Shown here: positions 12,373 to 25,230 of the stretch, in pieces | Layout: every line of letters starts with the position of its first letter | How positions within the stretch are numbered: position 1 is the stretch's first letter | Assembly: GCA_951406725.2 (NCBI GenBank) | Contig: OX597834.1 | Location: 13,640,001 to 13,704,000 of the forward strand | Reading direction: 5' to 3' | Source: Octopus vulgaris | Lineage: Eukaryota | DNA length: 64,000 nucleotides | Made by a program: the position numbers and the translations under genes | The notes under the pieces: generated by a model | The model's input: only the letters and a program-made list of their open reading frames with translations | Told to the model about the DNA's origin: nothing | The model's database searches: none

Positions 12373-13246
12373 TACAATATCACATGAATATATTTGCATG
12401 AAGATATTTTATCGTGATGTAATAATGGAGCACAGGATAATTTCTGCAGAAGAATTAGCATATTTAATGTTATGATATGTTAATTGAGACAATTACACCT
12501 TGTGTTAACGTTTAGATGTTCTAAATTGATTTTATAAGTTTACTACATACAAAATGTAATTGCATATTCCTGTCGGCTGTTCATTCGTATTACCTGTTAA
12601 GTTTATTAGACTTTTATATTAAATTATATATGTATGTATATTTTACATTCTATCTCTCAGCAGTTTTATTATTTAAAGTGCGAAAACATCTCATTTACAT
12701 TATCAAATATTTCAACAGATGTTATGTATGTGATAAATGAAAGTATCTTGTTTATATTCGTACCAATTTGAGAAGCGTACACGCTTTTTATTAAATTTTG
12801 TAAATCATTTAAAAATACTAATCAGATAAGTAGGATGGATGGTGTATAATAATTGAAGATCATAAGATATTCATATTAAATTTCTAGGACAAGCATCAAA
12901 TTATTCAGGGCATATCAGAAAAAATCTACTCAAATATGCAAAGAAAGTTCAGTTTTAATTAAGTAATGATATACAGTACTGTGTGCTGTATGTACTTTAT
13001 ATTAAGGTATATAACATTTTACGTCCTAAATTAGTTTAAAATCTAAAGCCATACGAGAAAGCGATAAGCTTACGTTTGGACATGTTAATTAAATTTTGAG
13101 TCTTTTTCAATGGCTGCTGATAATTTAGTGCACATCAGGGAGAATTACTAAAGTTGGCAGATACACAGCTGAAAATACTTATATTGGTTTCAGTCTGTCT
13201 CTCCATCCATCTATCTATCTCGTTTTTACGTATCTACTTATCTCCG

Positions 13247-13279
<33 letters not shown>

Positions 13280-14031
13280 CTCACTTTCTCTGCCTGTATA
13301 TATATAAACGATGAATAGCTTTGCGTAAACCATGGTCCGTTTTGTTCTCTTACTTTATTATCATCTTATAATCATCTCATAATAATGACTTTTTTATGAC
13401 TCGTATTACTACCTCAGTCAATCTAAATGTATATATTTGTCGTTACCTGTCATAAATCACCTTTTTTTATTTGCAATGTGCATTTTCGGTGATTTTTCAT
13501 ATTTTACCCTTACATTTCCACGTGCATTTTATATTTTCTTTTTGTACCATATTTCTACTATATATATATATATATATATATACAAACACACACACATATA
13601 TATATACATACATATATGCAAACAGATATACATGAAATACTGCAGTAGGCGAAGTTTATACTGCCCCCTTGTTGCTCTACTCGGAATTAGCGCATAAACT
13701 TTTGATAATGAGTTGCCAGCACAAAACCAACAAATGGTAAACATCATTTTGATAGACATAATCACCATCAAGAACACATTACTTCTAATACATTTAAATA
13801 GGCTAATGCAATTTCTGCCTACAGTAAATTGCTATTAATTTAACCTCTTCTGACATGAACATGGCACGAGGCACCTTTCCATGAAATAAGGGATGAATGC
13901 AATGCAAAAGGGGCAACGCAACGATGCAGGTTTGCCTCCCTCAAGCATTTCAATATTTCGCTATGTGAACAAAACAAAGAAGAAGATACAGTGTCACGAA
14001 TATTTTGTGCCAAAATTTGAAACCGTTTCCA

Positions 14032-14238
14032 AGGCGATGAACTGGCAGAATCGTTAGGATGCTGGGCAAAATTCTTAGCAGTACTTCGCCGTTCGACACG
14101 TTCTGAATTCCACCTCTACCGAGGTCGAATTTAATTTTAATTCTTTCGGGGTCGAAAAATTAAGTACCTGTTGAATACTACAGTCAATCTAATCGACTAT
14201 TCCGCTCTCCAGAAACTCCAGGCCTTGTGACTATATTA
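14032..14238 (+). mobile_element. SINE family 2, diverged, alternative tail
   Basis: AGGCGATGAACTGGCAGAATCGTTAG...CCGAGGTCGA...TTTCGGGGTCGA...GGCCTTGTG. Confidence 0.75.
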
Positions 14239-14247
14239 TCATCATCA

Positions 14248-14312
<65 letters not shown>

Positions 14313-14315
<3 letters not shown>

Positions 14316-14754
14316 TAGTTTTATTTTTATAGTGTGCTTTCACTTCACTACCGAGTGCAGCTCTGTGTGCCTTGGGTATGTGCTGTGATTTGTTGTGATG
14401 CTCTGATGGTTATTGTATGGAAAGTGTTCTGCGTAGGATGTGTGCAGTGCCTAGTAGTGCAATTTTCTGTATGTTATATGTGTTTGTAAGTCCTGGTGTT
14501 TTTGTTATGTATTTCTCTGAATATTTTTTTATCATGCCTGATGCACCTACTCTGATAGGAATTGTTTCTGTTTTTAGATTCCACATTCTGGTTACCTCTA
14601 TTTCCAGGTCTTTGTATTTTGAGAGTTTCTCCATTTCTTTTAGAGGCACGTTGTCATTTGCCGGTATTGATACATCAATTAGAAAGCATTTTTTTTCTTC
14701 ATGATCTCTGACAACTATATCTGGTCTGTTGGCCTTAATTTCTCTATCTGTGTG

Positions 14755-14756
<2 letters not shown>
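14313..14756 (-). mobile_element. Dong/R4-like non-LTR retrotransposon, 5'-truncated (restriction-like endonuclease C-terminus plus 3' UTR)
   Basis: Peptide TDREIKANRPDIVVRDHEEKKCFLIDVSIP...EKLSKYKDLEIEVTRMW...IQKIALLGTAHILRRTL carries the RPD..D..K..KY motif of RLE domains. Flanked by (TAA)n on both sides. Confidence 0.88.
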
Positions 14757-14805
<49 letters not shown>

Positions 14806-14819
14806 CATTATTATTATTA

Positions 14820-14928
14820 TATGTTTGACTTTTGCATTACATTTGGACAAGCTGGCTCCAAGTCTCACCCAGAGACCTCAAGAGACAACAAGCTAGAAGT
14901 TCATGTTGGTGTTATGCCAAGAGAATAG
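14820..14928 (-). mobile_element. Probable 3' UTR stub of a second (TAA)n-targeting retrotransposon family
   Basis: Non-repetitive 110 bp embedded in the (TAA)n array. The minus strand ends ...GAGGTCTCTGGGTGAGACTTGGAG...CAAACAT(AAT)n. Assignment is by context only. Confidence 0.4.
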
Positions 14929-14944
14929 TAATAATAATAATAAC

Positions 14945-14985
<41 letters not shown>

Positions 14986-15036
14986 TAATAATAATAATAA
15001 TATAGTCACAAGGCCTGGAGTTTCTGGAGAGTGGAA

Positions 15037-15079
<43 letters not shown>

Positions 15080-15162
15080 GTTTTTTTTTTCTTCTTTCAA
15101 ATTTGCTTCCATTTCTTGTCGAGTGTCTTCCCGACTCCTAGGGCAAAGAAACTCATAGCATA

Positions 15163-15163
<1 letters not shown>
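15080..15163 (-). mobile_element. Probable 3' UTR stub of a third (TAA)n-targeting family
   Basis: Minus strand ...CCTAGGAGTCGGGAAGACACTCGACAAG..., A-rich end, (AAT)n on both sides. Confidence 0.4.
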
Positions 15164-15208
<45 letters not shown>

Positions 15209-15429
15209 ATTATTATTATTATTATCATGTCTTATATCGAGCAAGAGAATATGTACATGTTATAATGAAATATATAAGCGACATGGTAAATAAGTGCAGA
15301 AATATTTTATAAATTATGTTTTTTTTCTAATTATATATTTCATGGCTACATAATTCAATAAACATCCTAAACGGATTCTTGTGGGATGCAAGAATTTCCT
15401 GTATGTGCTTTCAAATACATTCACATTCG

Positions 15430-15551
15430 TGGCACCTTGGGCGACTGTCTTAGTTTCAAGGAGATCGAAGCCGTCGATTGAATTCAATAGACGGAAACTG
15501 AAAACTGCCTGTCATGTGTGTGTACATATATAGATGTGTATGAGTGTGTCT

Positions 15552-15606
<55 letters not shown>

Positions 15607-15629
15607 CATATATATATGTACGTATATAA

Positions 15630-15660
<31 letters not shown>

Positions 15661-15800
15661 TTGTGTGTGTATATATATATATATACATGTATTTATATAC
15701 ATATGCATGCGCGTGTGTTCGTCCTCGACGCAAAAATAGATGTTGAAGTAGATGTTTGGCTATGTGCTTCCGTTTCACTTAGCAGTTCGGCAAAGATAAA
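15430..15800 (+). mobile_element. SINE family 3, degraded, with expanded internal (TA)n
   Basis: GTGGCACCTTGGGC...AGACGGAAACTGAAA...(TA)n...ACTTAGCAGTTCGGCAAA. Confidence 0.7.
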
Positions 15801-16239
15801 ACAAAAAAAACTCTAAGAATTATTTAAATAGAAATAAGAGGTTCAGAAGAATATTTCAACAACATTTTCACGCACATTAATTGAATAAATGATGTAAATT
15901 GTACCAAAGTATATAAAATGTTAGTGACGTACTCATACGTACAATTACTATTGAAAGTGAATATTCTCGTGTGTCCTTCAAAATATGTCGCATTTAATTA
16001 TCTGCGACGAAAGTATTGCAAGAAATCCGAAAGAAAACTTTTAAAGACACTCGTTAAATTTATCCAACATTATCTAGATTGAAATTAAACTTAAGTCTTA
16101 TTGACTTTGAAATTTATTTTATCCGTTACTTTTTTGTTTGTTATATTTAATCAGACAATACACATGGTAAGATTTTATATTAGTAACAGCGTGTTGAAAA
16201 TTAAATTTGTTACTGTTTCTAAGTAAGTGAAACAAATGA

Positions 16240-16279
<40 letters not shown>

Positions 16280-16708
16280 CACACGTTTATACATACATAC
16301 GTACACACACACATATATAGGTACAGATACACACAAACACAGACACATAAACATATACATGTCATATGGATATATATATATATATATGCATATAAAGATA
16401 CGTAGATACTGAGAGAGAATTTCACAGATAGATACATATGTATGTATATGTACGTACGTAGCTACACACATACACACACGTGCATGCACGCACACACACA
16501 CATTTATATATTAATGCGAGAAGCAATATTAAGCAAAACTAAGATGAATTAAATAAATTACATGTAAAGGAAATGAAAACATAAAACTAATAATTTTAGG
16601 CATTCGTTAAAAACGGGAAAAAACTAGCGACCAAGCATTTTGAGAAAACTTTGATTAAAATAGCGAATTTAAATTATCATGCACAACCGGAGTCCTGCAC
16701 ACACATAC

Positions 16709-16768
<60 letters not shown>

Positions 16769-16784
16769 GTATAGAGTTAGAGTT

Positions 16785-16897
16785 GACCATCTGTTTTATA
16801 TGGACAACCTGAAGATGTTTGCCGTAAATAACAAAGAGCTAGTAGGCCTGTTAAAAACAGTTAGATTTCAGCATTAACTTTGGGATGAATTTTGGAT
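16785..16897 (+). pseudogene. Reverse-transcriptase fragment of a Dong/R4-like element
   Basis: DHLFYMDNLKMFAVNNKELVGLLKTV / FSINFGMNFG (one frameshift) resembles HLxYMDDLKL...FSxDIGMxFG. Begins just after an (AAT)n tract. Confidence 0.7.
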
Positions 16898-17029
16898 GGA
16901 GACGGTATAAAACATTCCAATATGAAAGAAAAATTATGGAAGAAAACATATTAAACAAAAAATATATATATATAACAGATATACACCAATATTTGATATC
17001 ATATGAATGCGTTTCTATATATCTATAGA

Positions 17030-17084
<55 letters not shown>

Positions 17085-17089
<5 letters not shown>

Positions 17090-17290
17090 ATCCAAACATG
17101 AAAACACGAAGAGAAAACACAACAACGCGAGGAAGTGTAACAAGTATAGTATTATTGGACGCTCAGAAGAGAAGGGAAAAAGGAGGCTTTTAACGTTTCG
17201 AGCGGAGCTCTTCGTCGGAATCATATGATAAGAAAAGATCTAAAGAAGGGAAGACGGGGGAAGAAAATCGTCAACGCTACACACGCGGTC
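17085..17290 (-). mobile_element. Short non-autonomous Penelope-like element, family B, with hammerhead-like motif at 17188-17222
   Basis: Minus strand TT-CCGACGA-A-GAGC(TCC)GCTC-GAAA-CG-TT-AA. Shares a downstream CTGAGCG motif with family A. The 3' end runs into (TA)n. Confidence 0.6.
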
Positions 17291-17760
17291 AGATTATATA
17301 TCTGAAGGAATATAGTGACTAATTATTTCCTTTCGGATCTGTGTTATCAGAGTTACGATAAAATGATGTTGAATTTATCTTCCAGAAGTAGGAAAAATCG
17401 TTGGAGCTTTTGAAACGACTTCTAGAGTAACATTCTGAAGATGTAAAGAAAGAAATTAATGAGCAAGGCGGTCGTCAGATCTGCAAGGAACCAATCCTAA
17501 AAAAAAATTGGATTAGAGTTTAAAGACAGGAATTAACTAGAGCGTGAATATATGAAGCAGTTCGGAAATGGTATAATGGTGTTGTAGTAATTTTAGAAGT
17601 TACCATTATAAGATCTTAAGTAATATGGGAATAAAAAACACACAGATAAACACACAAACAAATATACATACACACAAACAACAATTCACCAACCTGCATA
17701 TGTAAGCACGTCTCAATGCACGATATGTATATGTGCGTATGTGTATGTACGCGCGTGTTC

Positions 17761-17798
<38 letters not shown>

Positions 17799-17923
17799 GT
17801 AGATATACTTATAAATTCATATATATATATATATACATCCATACACACACATAAATATATATATATATATATATATATTTATATCCATACATATATGCAT
17901 ACATACTAACATATATATATATA

Positions 17924-17970
17924 TTGGTAAAAACGGTAAGATAACAAAAGAAAGAAAGAGACCTCAATAT
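17924..17970 (-). mobile_element. Terminal fragment of hammerhead family E next to (TA)n
   Basis: TTGGTAAA...GTAAGATAACA...AAAGAAAGAGACCTC.ATATTA matches 31278-31335. Confidence 0.7.
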
Positions 17971-18115
17971 TAAAGAAAATGAGAAAATCTAAAACTAATA
18001 ATTTTTGGCATTCGTTAACAACGGGAAAAAATTAGCGACCAAGCATTTTGAGAAAAAATTGATTAAAATAGCGAATTTAATTTATCATGCACAACTGGAA
18101 TCCTGCACACACATA

Positions 18116-18116
<1 letters not shown>

Positions 18117-18190
<74 letters not shown>

Positions 18191-18294
18191 TAATAATAAT
18201 AATGATAATAATAGTAATAATAATAATGATGATAATAATGATAATAATAATGATAATAATAATAATAATGATAATAATGATAATGATAATAATC

Positions 18295-18378
<84 letters not shown>

Positions 18379-18427
18379 TAATAATAATGATAATAATAAT
18401 AATATAATAATGATAATAATAATAATA

Positions 18428-18466
<39 letters not shown>

Positions 18467-18550
18467 TAATAAAATAATTATAATAACAATAATTATAATA
18501 ATGATAATATTAATAATACTACTAATAATAATAATAATTATAATAATAAT
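18117..18550 (+). repeat. (AAT)n microsatellite
   Basis: Direct inspection. Confidence 0.97.
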
Positions 18551-19026
18551 TTAAATGCATGTGTGTATATTAAAAAGCGCATACAATTCCAGAATTCTCA
18601 ACCGAATTTCTCCAAACTTTACACACACATTACTTATGTGCCAAAGACGAATTATACTTACGTGCAAGATGTATCATAACATTTTGCTCAGAGCTTCTGC
18701 GCAAACGGATGCACTGAGAAAAACTGCGGTTTACAATAGGTTTTCTTTAATTAGTTATATGCACATAGATTTTTGTACGAGGGTCTTCCATACTTTTTTC
18801 ATATATGATCATGTATGATCTTAAATTGGCATTAGAGAATATTTATAGTAGTTTTCACATTTTCTTTATATTATTTACTCATTTTGTGTATTTTTACTCG
18901 CTGTATTTCATTATGTGTGTATTTGAGTTTTTTTGTTCGATGGTTTTACTTAAAGAATATTATAAAAGTCAAATGATTTTATTTTTTTTTTGTTTCGACT
19001 GTGATCTAAACCTCCATAATTTGTGC

Positions 19027-19373
<347 letters not shown>

Positions 19374-20142
19374 AATATGTATGTATATAATCGATTTTAA
19401 GGTAATTGTATAACGAAATGCTGCCAAGACATTCTCTTGACTCGTTTTACCCCTTGCCTATACAGCTCACTTCTCAGTACATTAAATCTCATAGAGGTAT
19501 ACAGGGCGTTAGAATTGAATGCGAGCCATGCATTTGTTATATAGAGACCTATTGTACGTTCCGTTTTGATGAGGTGTCTGTGTCTTTTGACAGCTCCAAT
19601 GCACAACCTTTCTACTTTGTCTATAATTCAGTGAGTCTTTTTGAGACCTAAACAAAACACTTACATTTTATATATGCTTGCTGCGTATTATTCATTCGTA
19701 ATTAATGAGTAGTTCACGGGTACTTTGATAGATATCTCCAGCTCTTTGATCAGTATATTTCCCGGAAGGCTGTCGAGAACTACCATAGTGCAAACATATT
19801 GAAATGATTAACATAAATGTATAAAAATTAAAACATTAACAGGAAAGATTTGACACGAAATAAGAAAAAACACAAAGAAAACACATTAAAAAAGCATACG
19901 AATGTGTACAGCCAATGGTGTCAGTGACGTCCTTCTACAAAATTTCGATACTACAAAATTTCACAAAATATATGCGTTCTACTAATTGTAAATATATTAT
20001 TTATAGAACCAGAGAAATAAGCCTACGTTTTTATCTTGAATGAGAAGAAACTATTGTGGACTGATTAAAGCAGCAGTGTTTGGAAACATAAAACCTCCAG
20101 CAAGAATCAACAACAATTGTTTTAAAAACAATATTGACAAAT

Positions 20143-20560
20143 AGGCGGTGAGCTGACAGAATCGTTAGCATGCCAGGCGAAATGCTTAGCAGTATTTCGT
20201 CTGCCGTTACGCTCTGAGTTCAAATTCCGCCGAGGTCGACTTTGCCTTTCATTCTTTCGGGGTCGATAAATTAAGTACCAGTTACGCACTGTGGTCGATT
20301 TAAGCGACTTAAACTCTTTGTGTGTCCTTGTTTGTCCCTCTATGTTTAGCCCGTTGTGGGCAATAAAGAAATAAGGAACGTTAGCACGCCGGGCGAAATA
20401 CTTAGCAGTATTTCGTCTGCCGCATCGTTCTGAGATCAAATTCCGCCGAGGTCGACTTTGCCTTTCGATGTCGATAAATTAAGTACCAGTTACGTACTGG
20501 GGTCAATCTAATCGACTGATCCCCTCCCCAAGTTTCAGGCCTTGTGTTTAGAGTAGAAAA
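20143..20560 (+). mobile_element. SINE family 2 dimer with two different tails
   Basis: Unit 1 ends ...GTTTAGCCCGTTGTGGGCAATAAAGAAATAA. Unit 2 ends ...CCCCTCCCCAAGTTTCAGGCCTTGTGTTTAGAGTAGAAAA. Confidence 0.85.
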
Positions 20561-21785
20561 CAAAAAAAAACAGCATTAAGCAAATATTTGGAATTAGAAA
20601 CCCGTACTTCAAAGAGAAATAAATCAACAATATTCTTTTTAATACATTCTGTGGAAAGAAGTTGGCGAGCTGCCGGAATCATTAGCATACCGGACAAAAA
20701 TGTTTTACGGCATTTAGTCGTTCTGAGGTCAAATGCTGGCGAAGTTACCGTAATTCCTATTGGATCCATAAAACATATATCAGTTAAACATCGGAGTATA
20801 TGTAATCGCCTCATCGCTTTCCTAAAATTGCTAGCTTTGCGTCCAAATTTCAGCCCAACATATTACGTGCTAATATATATGTTACAAAAATGATTAGTAT
20901 ATTTTTGGCACAGACATTTTACTAAAAAAAACGTTATCTCTTTTGAAATTTATAGCGATATATTTTTTCAAAAGCTGGCAAAATGAGAATAGAGGAATAA
21001 AATAATAATGAAAATCAATATAAAGAGAAAAGATACAATTAAACGCGTCAAGTGATCGTACTTATAGTAATAATTGCATTCTATAAAACCTAATGACTAC
21101 CTGGAAAATAACGCCGTAATTAAGTAACGTTACTGTTTAAAGAGATGAAAATAAGTTTTTACGGGCAGATTGTAAAAATAAATTTCATCTTATTGTTTGA
21201 AGTTAAATTCATATACCAGTACATTACAAGTGCAGAGAGGGAAACGAAATACATTAAAATCAAAGTAGTTTAAGAGAAGCGCTAGACTTCCTTCTACGTT
21301 AACACTCTAATACATTTAATGATATATTATTATGCCATTTTAAAATACACGAGAGAAGGTGAAGTGTGGCTATGGTTTTTTAATTAATTAATAGAATTTC
21401 TGAGCCGAGGTTATAGCATGCGTCGTAAAATTCAAAACTTCACTGTAGTTGTACCTGCAGCCGTACATAAAACTGCTTATTGCTGGAAGAACTGATGAGA
21501 TACAGTGAAAAACGAATGAGCCAAATACAATCTGAGGCGTTGGGAAATGTTTCGTAAAACACGTCGCATGAAGTTAGTGATTTCCATGACCCTCATGAGA
21601 TTCAACGTGCTTTATTTACGATAGGAGCGTTCACGTACTTTAAGGTTAACAGCTCATAAATTTTGAAATGATTTTATTATAAACGCTGATAGTTCTTTCA
21701 TTAGTTCATTACACTATACTACAGAGAATGGCTGATACGTTATAAAACGTTAACGCCTATACGTCGGTATTATATTCAAGGAGAG

Positions 21786-22168
21786 TGGAGGCGCAATGAC
21801 CCAGTGGTTAGGGAAGCGGACTCGCGGTCGGAGGATCGCGGTTTCGATTCCCAGACCGGGTATTGTGAGTGTTTATTGAGCGAAAACACCTAAAGCTCCA
21901 CGAGGCTCCGGCAGGGGTTGGTGGTGAACCCTGCTGTACTCTTTCACCACAACTTTCTCTCGCTTTTTCTTCTTGTTTCTCTTGTACCTGTATTTCAAAG
22001 GGCCAGCCTTGTCACATTCTGTGTCACGCTGATTCTCCCCGAGAACTACGTTAAGGGTACACGTGTCTGTGGAGTGCTCAGCCACTTGCACGTTAATATC
22101 ACGAGCAAGCTGTTCCGTTGATCGTATCAGCTGGGACCCTCATCGTCGCAACCGACGGAGTGCTCCTA
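21786..22168 (+). mobile_element. SINE family 1, full length, tail type A
   Basis: Colinear with 451-840. 12-bp target-site duplication ATTCAAGGAGAG at 21774-21785 and 22169-22180. Confidence 0.92.
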
Positions 22169-22451
22169 ATTCAAGGAGAGATTGAGGTCGTGTGCTTATA
22201 TAAAGCATTCCTGCTTTGTGGTTTTCTCGCTAGTGATTTTGACTTTGTGGTTTATAACAAAATTTCACTTTCACAGTAGCTGTGAACAGAGTCACCCCGA
22301 TACACCTACTCTCAAAATTTTAGAACAACAGTTCTGAAACGGGTCCCCTACGACACTTGGAGATGCATAAACGATTTTGTTCTAAAACAAATATGCGGAA
22401 TTGATTGATAATACTTCTACTATAAACTCCATATTTTAACAATTGTTAATA

Positions 22452-22710
22452 TTACAGTTCTATATTTAAGAGATGAGTAACTTGTGTACATTATTTACAT
22501 TTGACGGATATTCGTCTTCATCCTGTTTGTTGTTAATACAACGTTTCGGCTAATACGCCTCCAGCCTTCATCAGATGTCTTGGGGAAATTTCGAACCTGG
22601 GTTCTCATTCATAAGGTATTTTTCGATGTTATTATTATTCAGGTCACTGCCGGGAATCAAACTCGGAATCTTGATGTTAGCAGCTCGCGGGCACGTAAAT
22701 AATGTAAATT
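22452..22710 (-). mobile_element. tRNA-headed hammerhead element (family F), partial head
   Basis: Minus strand: B-box-like GAGTTTGATTCC, (AAT)n, then GACAT-CTGATGA-A-GGCTG...TAGCC-GAAA-CG-TT-GTATT (22535-22579), ending ...CTTAAATATAGAACTGTA. Homologous to 38272 and 52855. Confidence 0.75.
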
Positions 22711-23216
22711 GTTAATATATAATAAAAATATAATAGATTAAAAAAAAAAAAAACATCTAGTAAAGAAAAAGAGGAAAAATAGGAATCAAACGGGATTCAT
22801 AGGAAGAAAGTGGTTAGGAATCACTGTTCTGGAACATCGAGGATGTGATTTTTAAAGGGACCGAAAACTACACCAGTAGATATCTCGTAATCACATTCGG
22901 ATGAGTAATGTTGAGGAATTTTGAAATAAGTTACATTGCTTAAATGACAAAGCAGTTAGCCTTGCAAGGATTTCGATCGGGGAACGAAGCAATACGCAGA
23001 AGCTACCTTTTTGGCAACACACCTATCAGTATGTAGGTATGAATATTTACGCAAATGTACGTATTTTCGTGCATGTGCGTGTATCTATATGCGTGCGTCT
23101 GTATGCGTGGATGGTTATGTACGTGAATGGATGTGTTCAATAGTGTGTATGAATGAATTCCGTAATAAGTGCTCACCTATCTTATATAGATAGGGAGACG
23201 CATTATATATATATAT

Positions 23217-23339
23217 ATGGGGTCGATTTGCTTGACTAAAGGCGGTGCTCCAGCATTGCCACATTCAAATGACTGAAAGAAGTAAAATAGAGTAACAGAG
23301 AGAAGCACGTCTGGAATTACACACACGTCTGGAATTACG

Positions 23340-23386
<47 letters not shown>

Positions 23387-23532
23387 ATGTAAGAAAATAC
23401 AAACTGGGACAGGAAAGCAAAACATTTAGAAGACGATACAAATATATATGGCTGTTCTTGATTAAGTTGATTAGTATTGTTGGATTGTTCGAATGGCTGT
23501 GGAATAGTATAATAAGACATCCTTTTGATATG

Positions 23533-23584
<52 letters not shown>

Positions 23585-24024
23585 TATATGCATGTGTTAC
23601 ACGACGGAGTCTGATGGGGAGTTTTAAGTACAGAACTATATTGCCCTCGAGGTAATACAGCGTAAATTCGTCAGGTGTAAAGAAATACACTTGACATCGA
23701 TGTTGCTACTTATTATTTTCAGCACCTTGGAATGAAGAAGCTCAATAACAGATTGCAAGATTCCTTACGGGAATTCGTCAACTGAAAGACATTGTTGTAC
23801 ATTGGGATCGTCATACATTATTTTGCCGCCAAAATATGACCATCTTGAAATACAATACATGTGCGTGTATGAGTGTGTGTGTGCGCGTGCGTTTGTATGT
23901 GTATATGTGTGTGTGTGTGTGTAATTCCAGACGTGCTTCTCTCTTTTACTCTATTTTACTTCATTCAGTCATTTGAATGTGGCAATGCTGGAGCACCACC
24001 TTTAGTCAAGCAAATCGACCCCAT
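23217..24024. repeat. About 110-bp inverted duplication (23217-23326 versus 23915-24024) of a SINE tail plus flank
   Basis: The arms share the variant CAGCATTGCCACATTC and the non-SINE flank AGCACGTCTGGAATTACACAC. Confidence 0.9.
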
Positions 24025-24415
24025 GACTTATTCTTTGCAATCATAGTATTTATTCTATCAGTCTCTTTTGCTGAAACCCTAAGTTACGGGGACGTGAACG
24101 GACCAGCATGTGTTGTCAAGCGATGTTGGGAGGACAAATACAAACACACAAATATATATATATATATAAAATTGGATTCAATCCTAAATCTGATTTTTCC
24201 CTGTAAGTTTGAATTTATTCCCTAATATTTTATTATATATATATATATATATATATACGAGGGGCTTCTTTTCAGTTTCCGTCTACCAAATCCACTCACT
24301 AGGCTTTGGTTGGCCCGAGGCTATAGTAGAAGATACATGCCAAAGGTGCCACGCAGTGGGACTGAACCCGGAACCATGTGGTTGGTTAGCAAGCTACTTA
24401 CGACACAGTCACTCA
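23938..24415 (-). mobile_element. SINE family 3
   Basis: Colinear with 10177-10585, with a short extra insert inside the internal (TA)n. Confidence 0.88.
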
Positions 24416-24923
24416 TACGTCTGTTGATGTTTTAGTAACTCTGTTTCATTGCCTTAATATCATTCCTTCTGCATGTGTATATTTGCAAAAAGAAAAAGAT
24501 AAAAGAATTTCTGATTTGTGACAAGATGCACCCAGTAAACGCCCGCTGTTGTTCCTGTTTTGTAACTTGACAGCGCATGAAATGAATATGACAAAAGGGT
24601 TTTCGCATCCGTAATGGACTGACCTATTAGAAAAAAGTATGGCAACGAAATAATTGACAGATCGAAATAGTGTGCCTGATGTATCTAAGAGAGTGAAAAA
24701 TAACTGAACCTATGTTAATTTATCGAGATTCATCTTGTCTGTTTATTCTGTCGCCATTACAGTCGCCATTATCATCACCGTCACAGTTTTCCTCGTCGTC
24801 GCCATCGTCATAAAAAAAAACAAAACATATTTTCGTCGTCGTTGTTCTTGTTATCATTGTCGTGGTGGTCTTCACTGTCATCATCGGCAGCAGCAACATT
24901 TCCATTATCGACCCTTCCTCTTC

Positions 24924-25057
24924 CTACTACTACTACTACTACTAATAATAATAATAATAATATTTAATAATATTAATAATAATAATATTTAATAATAATA
25001 ATAATAATAATAATGATAATAATGATAATGAAAATAATAATAATAATAACAATACAT

Positions 25058-25096
<39 letters not shown>

Positions 25097-25230
25097 ATAC
25101 TACCACTACTACTACTACTACTTATACTACTACTACAGCCTCTACTATTACTCTTACTTCTACTACTTCTACTACTAATCCTACTACCACTACTAATTAT
25201 GCTGCTACTACTACTACTACTACTACTTTT
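24924..25230 (+). repeat. (CTA)n/(AAT)n compound microsatellite
   Basis: Direct inspection. Confidence 0.95.

Larger units (their letters stand above)
16565..18117 (+). repeat. About 150-bp direct duplication (16565-16708 and 17971-18115), each copy followed by (AAT)n
   Basis: AAAACTAATAATTTT.GGCATTCGTTAA.AACGGGAAAAAA.TAGCGACCAAGCATTTTGAGAAAA...TCCTGCACACACATA occurs twice. Confidence 0.9.

Noticed and set aside
18555-18780. Possible Helentron/Helitron 5' segment
   Set aside because: Only a vague resemblance; no diagnostic termini were identified.
21486-21520. CTGATGA...GAAA as a hammerhead
   Set aside because: No convincing stem II, helix III or stem I pairing.
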